From assembly GCA_023254095.1 (NCBI GenBank), contig JALNLM010000002.1:96001-160000 (forward strand): a stretch of 64,000 bases of DNA. The letters run 5' to 3'. Shown here piece by piece: positions 30,319 through 39,891 of this stretch. The notes under the pieces were generated by a model, which saw nothing but the letters and a program-made list of their open reading frames with translations, did not search any database and had not been told where the DNA came from. The position numbers were made by a program, and so were the translations under genes. Each line of letters begins with the position of its first letter. Within the stretch, counting starts at the first letter, position 1. The stretch is from Candidatus Geocrenenecus huangii. Its GTDB lineage: Archaea; Thermoproteota; Nitrososphaeria_A; Caldarchaeales; Wolframiiraptoraceae.

Positions 30319-30451
30319 CCAGAATACTTTACAGATACTCTGTTTAGACTTGTTCAATACCTAGCATATCATGAGTGTATCTAATGTTTCTTCTACGTTA
30401 AGCGTTCACGCCGTAAAATAATATTCAAATATTCTCTAGTGGTGTCACTTA

Positions 30452-31387
30452 ATGATGGATAGATGTGGAAGATGTAAGAATGAGAAAACGCCACTGTTTA
30501 AGATGAGTAGGTTAAACAGTTTGTTATGTTCATCTTGTTTTGAAGATTATTATGAGAGGAAGGTTAAGAATACAGTGTTGAAGTATGGAATGCTTAATGG
30601 AGTGAATAAGCTTGCAATAGCTGCTTCAGGAGGAAAAGATAGTATGGCTTTATTGAAAGTCTTCTCGGAATTGTTTCCTCACATTAAGTTTGCCGTCATA
30701 CATCTAAATCTAGGGATACCTGGGCACTCGGATGAATGCATTAAGGTTGTAGAGAAGTTTTGTATAGAAAACTCTATAGAACTCTTAGTATACGATCTGA
30801 AGAAATACCATGGTTACACAATAGGCGATCTTAGCAATTTGAAGAATAATAAGAGAATTTGTGGAGTATGCGGAATAGTTAAGAGACATCTTATGAATAA
30901 GGTCGCATACGAGAATGGCTTCGATACCCTCGCTACGGGCCACAACCTTGACGATGTCGTCGAGATACTGTTCAACCTATATCTCAATGGAAATGTAGAA
31001 GAAATGTCGAGAATTAAGCCTGTCGCACCTAGTATGAACCCGAAGCTGATTAGGAAGATAAAACCGTTGATAGAGGTGACCGACCAAGAAGACCTATACT
31101 ATGTAATCTCCAAGAATCTCGATTACGCCTCTTCTGAGTGCCCACTTATTAAAGGCTCGAGAATGGTTGAAAGGAAGAATTTGATTCTGAGAATTGAAGA
31201 AGAGATACCTAACTTCAGGTATAGGTTCCTTAAGACTCATCTAAAACGTTTCCTACCTATACTTAAAGAACATTCACAACCTATCACCTTAAGAGAATGT
31301 GACGTTTGCAGTATGCCTTCAGTAGGCTCGATATGTAGTTTCTGTAAATTATCTTCAAGAATACTCAATTGGGTGGAAAATGCTTGA
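30452..31387 (+). CDS. tRNA 2-thiolation protein (TtuA/NcsA family)
   Basis: Terminal Zn fingers, PP-loop SGGKDS, CGVCG and TGHNLDD motifs. Confidence 0.88.
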   Translation: MMDRCGRCKNEKTPLFKMSRLNSLLCSSCFEDYYERKVKNTVLKYGMLNGVNKLAIAASGGKDSMALLKVFSELFPHIKFAVIHLNLGIPGHSDECIKVVEKFCIENSIELLVYDLKKYHGYTIGDLSNLKNNKRICGVCGIVKRHLMNKVAYENGFDTLATGHNLDDVVEILFNLYLNGNVEEMSRIKPVAPSMNPKLIRKIKPLIEVTDQEDLYYVISKNLDYASSECPLIKGSRMVERKNLILRIEEEIPNFRYRFLKTHLKRFLPILKEHSQPITLRECDVCSMPSVGSICSFCKLSSRILNWVENA

Positions 31388-31995
31388 AAAAGAAGAGAGA
31401 ACTGGAAAATAAGCTTATAACACGTCTTTCAAGCAGTCTCGTAGATGTGATCTCATCCACAAGAATAAGACCTATAGACCTAACGCTTACATCATTCCTC
31501 CTAGCTCTCTCATCATCTTCTACATATTATTTTTCTCGAGAAAATGTCTATTTTTATTTTCTAGCGGGAAGTCTTCTTCTCTTGTCAGGCTTCCTCGATG
31601 CGTTGGATGGGGCAGTAGCTAGGAAGAAGAACATGGAGACACAGATAGGAGCATTCTTAGATTCAACTCTCGATAAGATAGGGGAAGCAGCAGTCTTCAT
31701 CGGGTTGATTGCTTCTGAAGCTACTACTCCTCTATTGGGCTCTCTAGGCTTAGCCTCCTCCATCCTCATCAGCTACACTAGGTCTAGAGCAGAAGGCCTT
31801 AATGTTGATTTGAAAGGAGTAGGATTGATGGAGAGAGCTGAAAGAATAGTCTTGTTAGTGGTTGCCTCGTTTCTCGAACCATTCTTTAGAGGAGTGATCA
31901 ACTTAACAATGATCGTACTGGTAATTCTATCCTTATATACGCTTGTACAGAGAATACTGTATGTAAGTAGAATACTTAGTCAAAGGCTTTCTTGA
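31369..31995 (+). CDS. CDP-alcohol phosphatidyltransferase (archaetidylinositol-phosphate synthase-like)
   Basis: DALDGAVAR...GAFLDSTLD, SYTRSRAE and GLMERAER motifs. Exact start uncertain. Confidence 0.88.
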   Translation: MGGKCLKKKRELENKLITRLSSSLVDVISSTRIRPIDLTLTSFLLALSSSSTYYFSRENVYFYFLAGSLLLLSGFLDALDGAVARKKNMETQIGAFLDSTLDKIGEAAVFIGLIASEATTPLLGSLGLASSILISYTRSRAEGLNVDLKGVGLMERAERIVLLVVASFLEPFFRGVINLTMIVLVILSLYTLVQRILYVSRILSQRLS

Positions 31996-32320
31996 ATCTT
32001 ATAGTAGCATCTTTAAATTCCAGCTCATATACATCGTTTACTTCTAGTCTTGTTCCGAGAAGTTCGTATTCTTCCTCGCTGAGGTATAGTGTCATCTTAG
32101 GCTTCACAGGTTCTCTCACATAAGGCATTAACCCAAGTTCCCGCAGGTGGCTTAACGCATCCTGAAGCATTTGATGGAACATGAGCGAGTCTTCGGTAAT
32201 TCCATGAGTTCCTCCTGCCCTAACTGTTTTCTTTTCTTCTACGAGTTCAATTATCTTACCTCTCCTACCAGTTTCAGGATCGCTCATGCTTGAGATTCTG
32301 TATACCCTTACCAAGACCAT
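31976..32320 (-). CDS. arcadin-1 homolog
   Basis: DP.TG...IELVEEK and PKMTLYLSEEEYELLG.RLEVNDVYELEF match my recollection of Pyrobaculum arcadin-1 (PRITLWLTEEE...IDVGDVIEI). Confidence 0.7.
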   Translation of the reverse strand: MVLVRVYRISSMSDPETGRRGKIIELVEEKKTVRAGGTHGITEDSLMFHQMLQDALSHLRELGLMPYVREPVKPKMTLYLSEEEYELLGTRLEVNDVYELEFKDATIRFKKAFD

Positions 32321-32329
32321 TCTACGGTC

Positions 32330-32746
32330 TCACTCTTCTGCTTTAGCCTCCTCAAGATCTTCTAAGTATTTCACATATTCGTCAGAATCCATAAAATCTT
32401 CATATGTGATCGGCTCTACAAGCTCTATTAAGGCTATCCAGCCTTCGCCATATGGGTCTTCATTCACTAACTCTGGATTATCTATTAGCTTGCTATTCAC
32501 TTCGACCACTTTGCCAGTTACGGGTGAGTAGACATCTGCTGAAGCTTTAACAGATTCTATCGTAGCAAGTGTCTCATTCTTCCCAATCTTCTGACCGACA
32601 TTCGGGAGTTCTACAAAAATGATCTCTCTAAGTTTCCTTTGAGCATAATCCGTTATACCAACTCGGGCTTTATTCTTCTCTATCTTAACCCATTCATGTT
32701 CTCTAGTATAGTAGTATCCTTCTGGGACTTCGTATTCTGAAGACAC
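32330..32746 (-). CDS. gcvH: glycine cleavage system H protein (lipoyl carrier)
   Basis: YTREHEWV, GITDYAQ, lipoyl-Lys ESVKA and NEDPYGEGWI motifs. Confidence 0.95.
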   Translation of the reverse strand: MSSEYEVPEGYYYTREHEWVKIEKNKARVGITDYAQRKLREIIFVELPNVGQKIGKNETLATIESVKASADVYSPVTGKVVEVNSKLIDNPELVNEDPYGEGWIALIELVEPITYEDFMDSDEYVKYLEDLEEAKAEE

Positions 32747-32853
32747 TCACTCAACCTCCACGCTCAATGGATAAAAATGCTTCCCTATAAATCTATATCC
32801 TTGACCACCATTCTTCGAGCATCTTGACAAGAAAATGAAGCCTGATAACGATA

Positions 32854-33231
32854 TTATTCCTTAAGTAAGTCTGAGAGAGATTTGTATTCGCCATGCCTAT
32901 AATACTTTATACTGGTCTCTATACGTACAGGTATCCCTAGGTTCTCAAATAGTCTTAGAAGATCCCCACCGGAAATCTTATCAATTATTTTCCTTTCTAG
33001 AATCTTCTTCGCAAGTAATGTTACAATCTTTCTCGTTACATCGGGGTAGTCTCTCATCGCGGCTTCAAGAACTTCTTCACCTCTTTCAGTTAAGTTTTCT
33101 CTGAAAATCTTAAGATATCTTTCAAAATCCTCCTCCCCTACAGAAGACTCAGTAATACTGGTAGGTTTAGCGCTAAGCATCTGCTTCATTTTCTTTAATC
33201 GAAGAAATTTTAGCTCGATACTCTCATCCAT
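32854..33231 (-). CDS. PDCD5-like / dsDNA-binding domain protein
   Basis: LTERGEEVLEAA...YP and KISGGDLLRLFENLGIPVRIETSIKY pattern of archaeal PDCD5-related proteins. Confidence 0.6.
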   Translation of the reverse strand: MDESIELKFLRLKKMKQMLSAKPTSITESSVGEEDFERYLKIFRENLTERGEEVLEAAMRDYPDVTRKIVTLLAKKILERKIIDKISGGDLLRLFENLGIPVRIETSIKYYRHGEYKSLSDLLKE

Positions 33232-33345
33232 ATCTGCAATAGATATTGTGAATTCCTGAATTTAAAGTAATTCTCATGAATCTTATATCCTTCAGGGGTA
33301 GGGAAAAAATAGTTGAAGGTGAGAAATAATTTATCCTAGGTCTTC

Positions 33346-34836
33346 TCACCTCTTCTTCAATGCTTCATCTAGGTCGTATTCCATGTCTTTTTCCAATTCT
33401 CTCTTAATACGTTTAGACTCTGATCCCCCAACTGCCTCTGATAAAGTCTTGTCTACGTTGCTCTTTATTGGATTAGCTTTTCCATGGATTCTTCCCAGCC
33501 ATTCTTCATATCCTCCCCACCTGAATGGACCATAAAGTCCTTGAGCAATATCTAGTAAATCTCTCTGCGCTCCACCAAGCCACATTTGAATAATCTTGTA
33601 GTCCCGATAATATTTTTCGACATTCATCTCAAAGGAGTATCCATAGGATCCCATGAGCTCCATCGCTTTATTTGTACAGAACATCGCTACTTCTCCTGCA
33701 AAAGATCTAGCGGATGAGAATTTAGCGATCATGTGAGGAGACCATGGCTCACCATAGACTTCTGGTCTGGAAGCTTGCCACGTCACCGATAAATAGTATT
33801 GTCTTGCAAGATCGATCATTCTATACATTTGAGCAAGTATTGAAGCAAACAGCGACCTTTCTCTAACCGGCTTGCCGGCTATCATTCTATCTTTCGTCCA
33901 GTCTAGAACTATTTCTAGCACAGAGGTGGCTACCCCCGTAAGCCTCGCTGCTCCAGCCAGCCTACCTAAACCTATAACGTAACCATGAATGATCTTCGAA
34001 CCGTCACCGGGCTTTTCATCAATCCTGTATCTTGCTGGGACCTCGACATTTTCATACCATATATCTACGTTTTCATCTGTCATGCAGAATCCACATTTCT
34101 TGTATGGTTCCCCGAAAGTCATCCCTTTAGCATTGTATGGAACATATACCATTCCAGCTGCTTCTTCGCCTCTGCCAGGCTCCTCGGAGACTACCACCCA
34201 GTAACCAAGATGTCCAGCTAATAGATGTGGCCATTTTTCCCGCCATCTATCCCAATACTCTGGTTTAGCAGCTGGACCAGGCCATATCTTATGTCCATTC
34301 AGTATGTATACATCGCCTTCTTTTCTTGCGATGACTACGTTTAATGTTCTGAATTCTAGTGATGGGTCTTCGATGTTTGCTCCTCCCTCAGGCTCAGTGA
34401 TGCATACGCATGCTATATATGGAACGTTTCCAGTTAGTTTAGGAGCAAATTCTTCTAATAGGTCTCTTCTGATGTTGACTCTGTTGTACATGAAAGATAC
34501 TATCCAATGGATTTTGCCTACGAGGGTGCTTAACCCCGGGTCTCCTCTCGATAATTCTTCATTTATCATCTGTCTAACTATCGGTGAAAGGCCAAGTCCA
34601 CCATATTCTGATGGAAGGTTTGCGATTGTTAAACCAAGCTTATGACATTTATAGTATAACTCATACAAAGTCTTGTGAGCGAGTTCTTCATCTCTATACC
34701 ATCCACCCTCTAGATCCTGTCTTCTCGGAAAGACTTCTTTTTCTGTAAATTCTCTAATACTCTGAGCCATCAATAATTCTTCATCACTACAAAAACATCT
34801 TGGATATTTGTGCTCAGGCTCAAGAAGTAGATACAT
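33346..34836 (-). CDS. acyl-CoA dehydrogenase family protein
   Basis: LPSEYGGLG, ITEPEGGAN, ILNGHKIW and MGSYGYS...VEKYYRD motifs. Confidence 0.9.
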   Translation of the reverse strand: MYLLLEPEHKYPRCFCSDEELLMAQSIREFTEKEVFPRRQDLEGGWYRDEELAHKTLYELYYKCHKLGLTIANLPSEYGGLGLSPIVRQMINEELSRGDPGLSTLVGKIHWIVSFMYNRVNIRRDLLEEFAPKLTGNVPYIACVCITEPEGGANIEDPSLEFRTLNVVIARKEGDVYILNGHKIWPGPAAKPEYWDRWREKWPHLLAGHLGYWVVVSEEPGRGEEAAGMVYVPYNAKGMTFGEPYKKCGFCMTDENVDIWYENVEVPARYRIDEKPGDGSKIIHGYVIGLGRLAGAARLTGVATSVLEIVLDWTKDRMIAGKPVRERSLFASILAQMYRMIDLARQYYLSVTWQASRPEVYGEPWSPHMIAKFSSARSFAGEVAMFCTNKAMELMGSYGYSFEMNVEKYYRDYKIIQMWLGGAQRDLLDIAQGLYGPFRWGGYEEWLGRIHGKANPIKSNVDKTLSEAVGGSESKRIKRELEKDMEYDLDEALKKR

Positions 34837-34946
34837 TGTTAACCCTCAAAAGCTTTCTGAATATGATTCTTCTTAAATCTTTTTATTCTTATATGTTTCG
34901 GAAAATATTATATAAGCGAAGATAAACGAATATATGAGGTTGGATT

Positions 34947-35762
34947 ATGGGTGTGAAGAACATATATCTTCTAGATTTTGGTATCCTCTCTGGAGAACTA
35001 GGGTGGTTTCTACCTGATCCGGCAGGATACACTGAAACCATTATTGAGAAGAGACCTAGGATTCCCGTATGGACGGATATCCCGGTAACAGGTGCGATAA
35101 TAGAGCACTCAGATGGAGTAGTTTTGATGGATACGGGCAGTCATCCAGAAGCGAAAAAGGCTTGGGGACCTGTTTGGGAAGTATTTCCTATGACCAAGTT
35201 TACGGATGAGAATAGATTAGAGAACCAGTTGAAACTCTTAGGCCTGAGACCGGAGGATATATCCTACGTAGTCTTCACACATTTACATCTTGATCATGCT
35301 GGCCAGGCATATCTCTTTAAAGATCATAGGACGCCTCTCATAGCTCATAGGAAAGAGTTGATGTGGGCGACGTATCTAATGTATCTCGGAAAAGTAGGTG
35401 CTTACCAACCTGTTGACCTTGAATCCTTGAAAGGAGGAGAATGGTTTACTTTCGATGGTGAAACATTCGAGCTTCTCCCGGGAATAGAATTAATGTTTGT
35501 AGGAGGCCATACTCCCGGAAGTATAATAATGAAAGTTACAACGGAAGCTGGGAACAACTATCTCTTTACAGGAGACTTTATACATCTTCCAGAAGAATTG
35601 GAGAGGGAATCCAAGGGCTGGCTACTAGGAGACATAGATGAGTACATCACTGGTTTGAGAAAGATAAAACTACTCGCTAAGAGACCTAGAACAAACCTTG
35701 TTATAAGCCATGACCCGAAGCTTTGGGAAAAATATCCTAAGGCACCCAAACCTCTAAGATAA
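34947..35762 (+). CDS. N-acyl-homoserine-lactonase family metallo-beta-lactamase-fold hydrolase (AiiA/AttM-like)
   Basis: THLHLDHAG, GHTPGS, FTGD and SHD metal ligands; MDTG motif. Confidence 0.85.
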   Translation: MGVKNIYLLDFGILSGELGWFLPDPAGYTETIIEKRPRIPVWTDIPVTGAIIEHSDGVVLMDTGSHPEAKKAWGPVWEVFPMTKFTDENRLENQLKLLGLRPEDISYVVFTHLHLDHAGQAYLFKDHRTPLIAHRKELMWATYLMYLGKVGAYQPVDLESLKGGEWFTFDGETFELLPGIELMFVGGHTPGSIIMKVTTEAGNNYLFTGDFIHLPEELERESKGWLLGDIDEYITGLRKIKLLAKRPRTNLVISHDPKLWEKYPKAPKPLR

Positions 35763-35782
35763 GTGGATAGCTGAAGGAGAGT

Positions 35783-37054
35783 TTGAGGATGTCGTCTCTC
35801 ATCTATATCTCCGCCAATGACACAGTATTTACAGTTAGAAATGTTCAGGTAAAGTTTGGAGAAGGGGTCAGCTCAGAAATCGGATACGAGGCGAGAAGAC
35901 TAGGAATAAAGAAAGCATTGATAGTTACAGACAAGAATATCAATGAAAATACGAGGATTCCTTCAAGGATAAAAGAGTACCTTGATGAAGAGGGCATAAA
36001 GTCCGATATATTTGACGGCACGCATATCGAGCCAATAGATACAGAAGTAATCAAGGCAATCGAATTTGCTAGCGGTAAGGATTATGATGGCTTCATAGCA
36101 GTCGGCGGCGGATCATCGATCGATACCGCTAAAATGATAAACCTCTATACCACGTACCCCACTCCACAATTCAAAGATTATATCGCTCCTCCTACAGGAG
36201 GTGGAAAGCCGGTGCCTGGGCCTCTAAAACCGTTAATATGCCTGCCAACTACAGCTGGGACAGGAAGTGAAAATACCCCTGTTGCAATAGTCGACCTTAC
36301 TAAAGAGAAGCTGAAAGTAGGTATATCTAATCCATATCTTCTACCTTCTTACGCTTTGTTAGATCCTGTACTCACAATCACATTACCACCATATTACACT
36401 GCATCGACTGGGATAGACGCTCTAATGCATTGTATCGAATGCTATACTGCGATACCATACAATTGTAGACCTAGACCGTCTTCCCCCGACAAGAGACCTG
36501 TATACATTGGTTCAAATCCCGTCTCAGATATATTTGTTGAAAAAGCCATGGAGCTCATTGGAAAATACTTGAGGAGAGCATACTATAATCCTTACGATAT
36601 GGAGGCTCGCAGGAACATGCTGTTGGCAGCCCACTTGGGTGGAGCATTTGGAAACGCTGGAGTACATATCTCGCATGCGTTAGCGTATCCGATCGCAGGC
36701 AGGAGGCATGACCTTCCACATGGTATAACAGTAGCCGTTACGGGGCCAGCGATGCTAGAGTTTCTCGAACCGATAGTTCCCTATAAACTTGCTAAGATAG
36801 CTCAACTTCTAGGAGAGAAAACTGATGGGCTAACTATTAGAGAGGCGGCAGCGATTGCTAAAGAAGCATTGATAAAGTTGATGAAAGATGTTAATTTACC
36901 TTCAGGTATAAGTGAGTTTGGATTCGAAGAAAAAGATTTGAAAGAATTGTCTGAAGGAGCTATACTACAACAAAGATTGCTTGCGGTAAGCCCGAGGCTT
37001 ACCACTATAGAAGATATATTCGAGATATATCGGAAGAGCCTACATAACTGGTAA
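35783..37054 (+). CDS. hydroxyacid-oxoacid transhydrogenase (ADHFE1/HOT, iron-containing ADH family)
   Basis: GGGSSIDTAK and PTTAGTGSE motifs, the HOT-type insert YTAIPYNCRPRPSSPDKRPVYIGSNPVSD, and FGNAGVHISHALAYP. Confidence 0.88.
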   Translation: MRMSSLIYISANDTVFTVRNVQVKFGEGVSSEIGYEARRLGIKKALIVTDKNINENTRIPSRIKEYLDEEGIKSDIFDGTHIEPIDTEVIKAIEFASGKDYDGFIAVGGGSSIDTAKMINLYTTYPTPQFKDYIAPPTGGGKPVPGPLKPLICLPTTAGTGSENTPVAIVDLTKEKLKVGISNPYLLPSYALLDPVLTITLPPYYTASTGIDALMHCIECYTAIPYNCRPRPSSPDKRPVYIGSNPVSDIFVEKAMELIGKYLRRAYYNPYDMEARRNMLLAAHLGGAFGNAGVHISHALAYPIAGRRHDLPHGITVAVTGPAMLEFLEPIVPYKLAKIAQLLGEKTDGLTIREAAAIAKEALIKLMKDVNLPSGISEFGFEEKDLKELSEGAILQQRLLAVSPRLTTIEDIFEIYRKSLHNW

Positions 37055-37146
37055 AACCAGCAATACATCTCCACTTATTTTTCATATTTCTAGTAGAAAA
37101 ATAAAACTAAATATATGGTTGCCGTTATTCGTCGGTAGAGGAATAG

Positions 37147-38550
37147 ATGGCGAACTATTTTAACAAGATATCAGGTATGGATGTGGAATTTTTTGAGAAG
37201 CTTCTAGGAAGCGGGAATGTATCGACGAGTGAAGAAGAGTTAATAGCTAATTCCGTTGATGCATACCCTGGCGAGTTCTATAAGCCTGAGACCGTTGTGT
37301 GGCCTGAATCTTCCGAACAAGTAGCTGAAATACTGAGATACGCTTATGAGAGAAGGATTCCGGTTTACCCGAGAGGTGGAGGTACAGGTTTAACCGGTGT
37401 CGCCCCAATCTACGGCGGCATAGTTCTAAGCCTTGTCAAGATGAATAGGATAATAGAGATTTACGAAGAAGATATGCAGGTGAAAGTTCAGCCTGGAATA
37501 ATCTACGATAAGTTGAATAAAGAATTAGAAAAGTATGGTTTATTCTTTCCTCCAGATCCTTCTAGTGGTTCATGGTGCACGATCGGAGGGATGGTGGCAT
37601 CGAATTCATCTGGATTGAAAGCAGTGAAATATGGGACGACAAGAGAATACGTGCTGGGTCTAAAAGTAGTACTCTCAGACGGTAGGGTCGTAACGGTTGG
37701 CAGTAGAACTTTCAAGTACTCTACCGGATTCGACATCTTGAAGATGATGATAGGTTCTCAAGGAACGTTAGGGGTCTTCACAGAGATAACTCTCAGACTT
37801 AGGAACCTGCCTGAGTCTCTCCAGACAGCGGTAGCCTTCTTCCCATCAGTTGAGTCTGCAGTAAAAACAGTATACCAAATTGTTAGAAGAGGATTAGATG
37901 TAGCGGCAATAGAGTTCATGGATGAGAAGATGATGAAGGCGGTCGCCGAATACAAGAAGATTCATCTCCCAGAGTCCAAGGCATTACTCCTAGTTGAGAC
38001 TCATGGAACAAAGATAGCGGCTACGGAGATGATGGAGAAATGTGTTAGTGTATTCGAGGAAAATAGAGCTGTCGAAGTAAGAGTTGCAAGAGATGCTGAA
38101 GAAAGAGAAGTCTTATGGGCTGCTAGGAAGGGGGCTTACCCAGCCACTCTTAGACTCGGAAGATACATGATCATTAGTGATGTAGTCGTACCGATCTCGA
38201 AATTACATGAGGCCGTTCAGAAAGCGTACGAATTGGGGATGAAGCATGGAGTCCATTCATCTGTCATCGGTCATTTTGGGGATGGGAATCTTCACGTACA
38301 CTGGTCTGCTGGAAACGACAAGGAAAAAGTTGAATACCTCCATAGAGCAAACGATGAACTTACAAGATGGGCGATCAATGTAGGTGGAGCATTATCCGGA
38401 GAACACGGAATAGGTACTGAGAAGAAGAAGTTCGTTAAGCAACAATTTAGGGAAGCATACGATTTGATGCTGAAGATAAAAAGAATGATCGATCCTAAAT
38501 GTATATTGTCCCCGGGTATAATCTTCGATCTAGAAGAAGTAGTCTCTTGA
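37147..38550 (+). CDS. FAD-linked 2-hydroxyacid dehydrogenase (GlcD / D-2-hydroxyglutarate / D-lactate DH family)
   Basis: PRGGGTGL, FPPDPSS, GSQGTLG, GHFGDGNLH and SGEHGIG motifs. Confidence 0.9.
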   Translation: MANYFNKISGMDVEFFEKLLGSGNVSTSEEELIANSVDAYPGEFYKPETVVWPESSEQVAEILRYAYERRIPVYPRGGGTGLTGVAPIYGGIVLSLVKMNRIIEIYEEDMQVKVQPGIIYDKLNKELEKYGLFFPPDPSSGSWCTIGGMVASNSSGLKAVKYGTTREYVLGLKVVLSDGRVVTVGSRTFKYSTGFDILKMMIGSQGTLGVFTEITLRLRNLPESLQTAVAFFPSVESAVKTVYQIVRRGLDVAAIEFMDEKMMKAVAEYKKIHLPESKALLLVETHGTKIAATEMMEKCVSVFEENRAVEVRVARDAEEREVLWAARKGAYPATLRLGRYMIISDVVVPISKLHEAVQKAYELGMKHGVHSSVIGHFGDGNLHVHWSAGNDKEKVEYLHRANDELTRWAINVGGALSGEHGIGTEKKKFVKQQFREAYDLMLKIKRMIDPKCILSPGIIFDLEEVVS

Positions 38551-39810
38551 ATGTGGCGAAAGATGATTATGCGGGAAAAAGTAAAGTTAGAGAAGAAACT
38601 AGGAGAATACTTGGAAGATGTATGGAAGTGTATAAGATGTGGATTCTGCAATAGTGTATGCCCGACATCCACCATATCCAGAGCCTTCATGGCCTCCCTA
38701 ACTTCGAGAGGTAGGCTGATACTTCTCCAAGCCTATTTCTCAAACATCCTAGATAAGTCTCTATCGGATGAGAAGATACAGGAATTGATGGAGTACTGTT
38801 TTGGATGTAGAAGATGCATGGAGGTCTGCCCACCCGGCGTCAGGATACCAAATTTAATCTGGAGAGTAAAACAATTCAATAGGGAGAGAAGTTATCTTAG
38901 AAGAACGATACTCATCCGTTATGGTAGTATGCTGAAGCTGCTCTCTAGCGTCTCCAGCTTATCGAATCTTCTTCTACATTCATACATAGGGAAACTATTG
39001 CTTGAAGTAGTTGCTGAAATAAGTAGGGATGTGGATTTTCCCACATTCTATACTAGTCTAGAGAAGTGGATCAATAAAAGAGAGAAACGTCAAAGTCATA
39101 GAGGAAAGCTAGCGTACTTTATAGATGTATTCACAAATTATCATGAAGTAGATTTAGGGAAGAAAATCGTTGGATTAGTTGAAAATCTCGGATACGTCGT
39201 TGTGGCCCCATCTCAAAGAGAAGCTGGAACACTTCTCTTAGAAGAGGGATTAATAGATGAAGCTTACAGGATCGCGAAGGAGAATACTGAAAATCTTTAT
39301 TCAGCTATTCAAGATGGGGCCAGAGTATTGACTAGTTCACCGGCTGCATATCTCGCTCTAAAAAAAGACTATCCTGAACTTCTAGGCGACAGTAAATCGA
39401 GAATAGTCTCCGAGAACACGATAGACATAATCGAACTCTTATTAAAAGAATACGAAGAAGATGCGATAGACTTTGATAAGAACCCAGAGGCCCAAATCGT
39501 CTATCATCATAGCTGTTTTACTAAAGCTTCTGGATTAACCAAAGATATTAGAAGGTTGTTGACGTCGGCTGGATACACGTTAAAAGAAATTGACAGGTGT
39601 TGCGGTATCGGTGGGGTCTGGGGGATGAACAAGAAACATCATTCAGAATCGATCGAGATTGGCTTAAACTTGTTTAATGAGTTAAAAAGGATGAAATTGC
39701 CTGTTGCTTCCCAGAGCGAGACCTGCAGGTTCCAGATAAGAAACAATTCTTCAGTAGAGGTTAGACACCCATTCTCCTTTATAATGGATAGGGTAAAGAT
39801 AAAAAATTAG
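38551..39810 (+). CDS. Fe-S oxidoreductase subunit (GlcF-like: two 4Fe-4S motifs plus CCG domain)
   Basis: CIRCGFCNSVCP, CFGCRRCMEVCP, YHHSC and CCGIGG motifs. Confidence 0.88.
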   Translation: MWRKMIMREKVKLEKKLGEYLEDVWKCIRCGFCNSVCPTSTISRAFMASLTSRGRLILLQAYFSNILDKSLSDEKIQELMEYCFGCRRCMEVCPPGVRIPNLIWRVKQFNRERSYLRRTILIRYGSMLKLLSSVSSLSNLLLHSYIGKLLLEVVAEISRDVDFPTFYTSLEKWINKREKRQSHRGKLAYFIDVFTNYHEVDLGKKIVGLVENLGYVVVAPSQREAGTLLLEEGLIDEAYRIAKENTENLYSAIQDGARVLTSSPAAYLALKKDYPELLGDSKSRIVSENTIDIIELLLKEYEEDAIDFDKNPEAQIVYHHSCFTKASGLTKDIRRLLTSAGYTLKEIDRCCGIGGVWGMNKKHHSESIEIGLNLFNELKRMKLPVASQSETCRFQIRNNSSVEVRHPFSFIMDRVKIKN

Positions 39811-39891
39811 ATCATCAACATCTTTCCCGTTCTCAAGTTGAGATAGACATATTATCTTAAAAGCCTGAAGAATGTTAAACGAGATTATCCC

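Noticed and set aside
31380-31395. Possible frameshift at the start of the CDP-alcohol phosphatidyltransferase (ATG CTT GAA AAA G, A5 run)
   Set aside because: An in-frame TTG at 31384 gives an equally plausible start, so no frameshift is needed.
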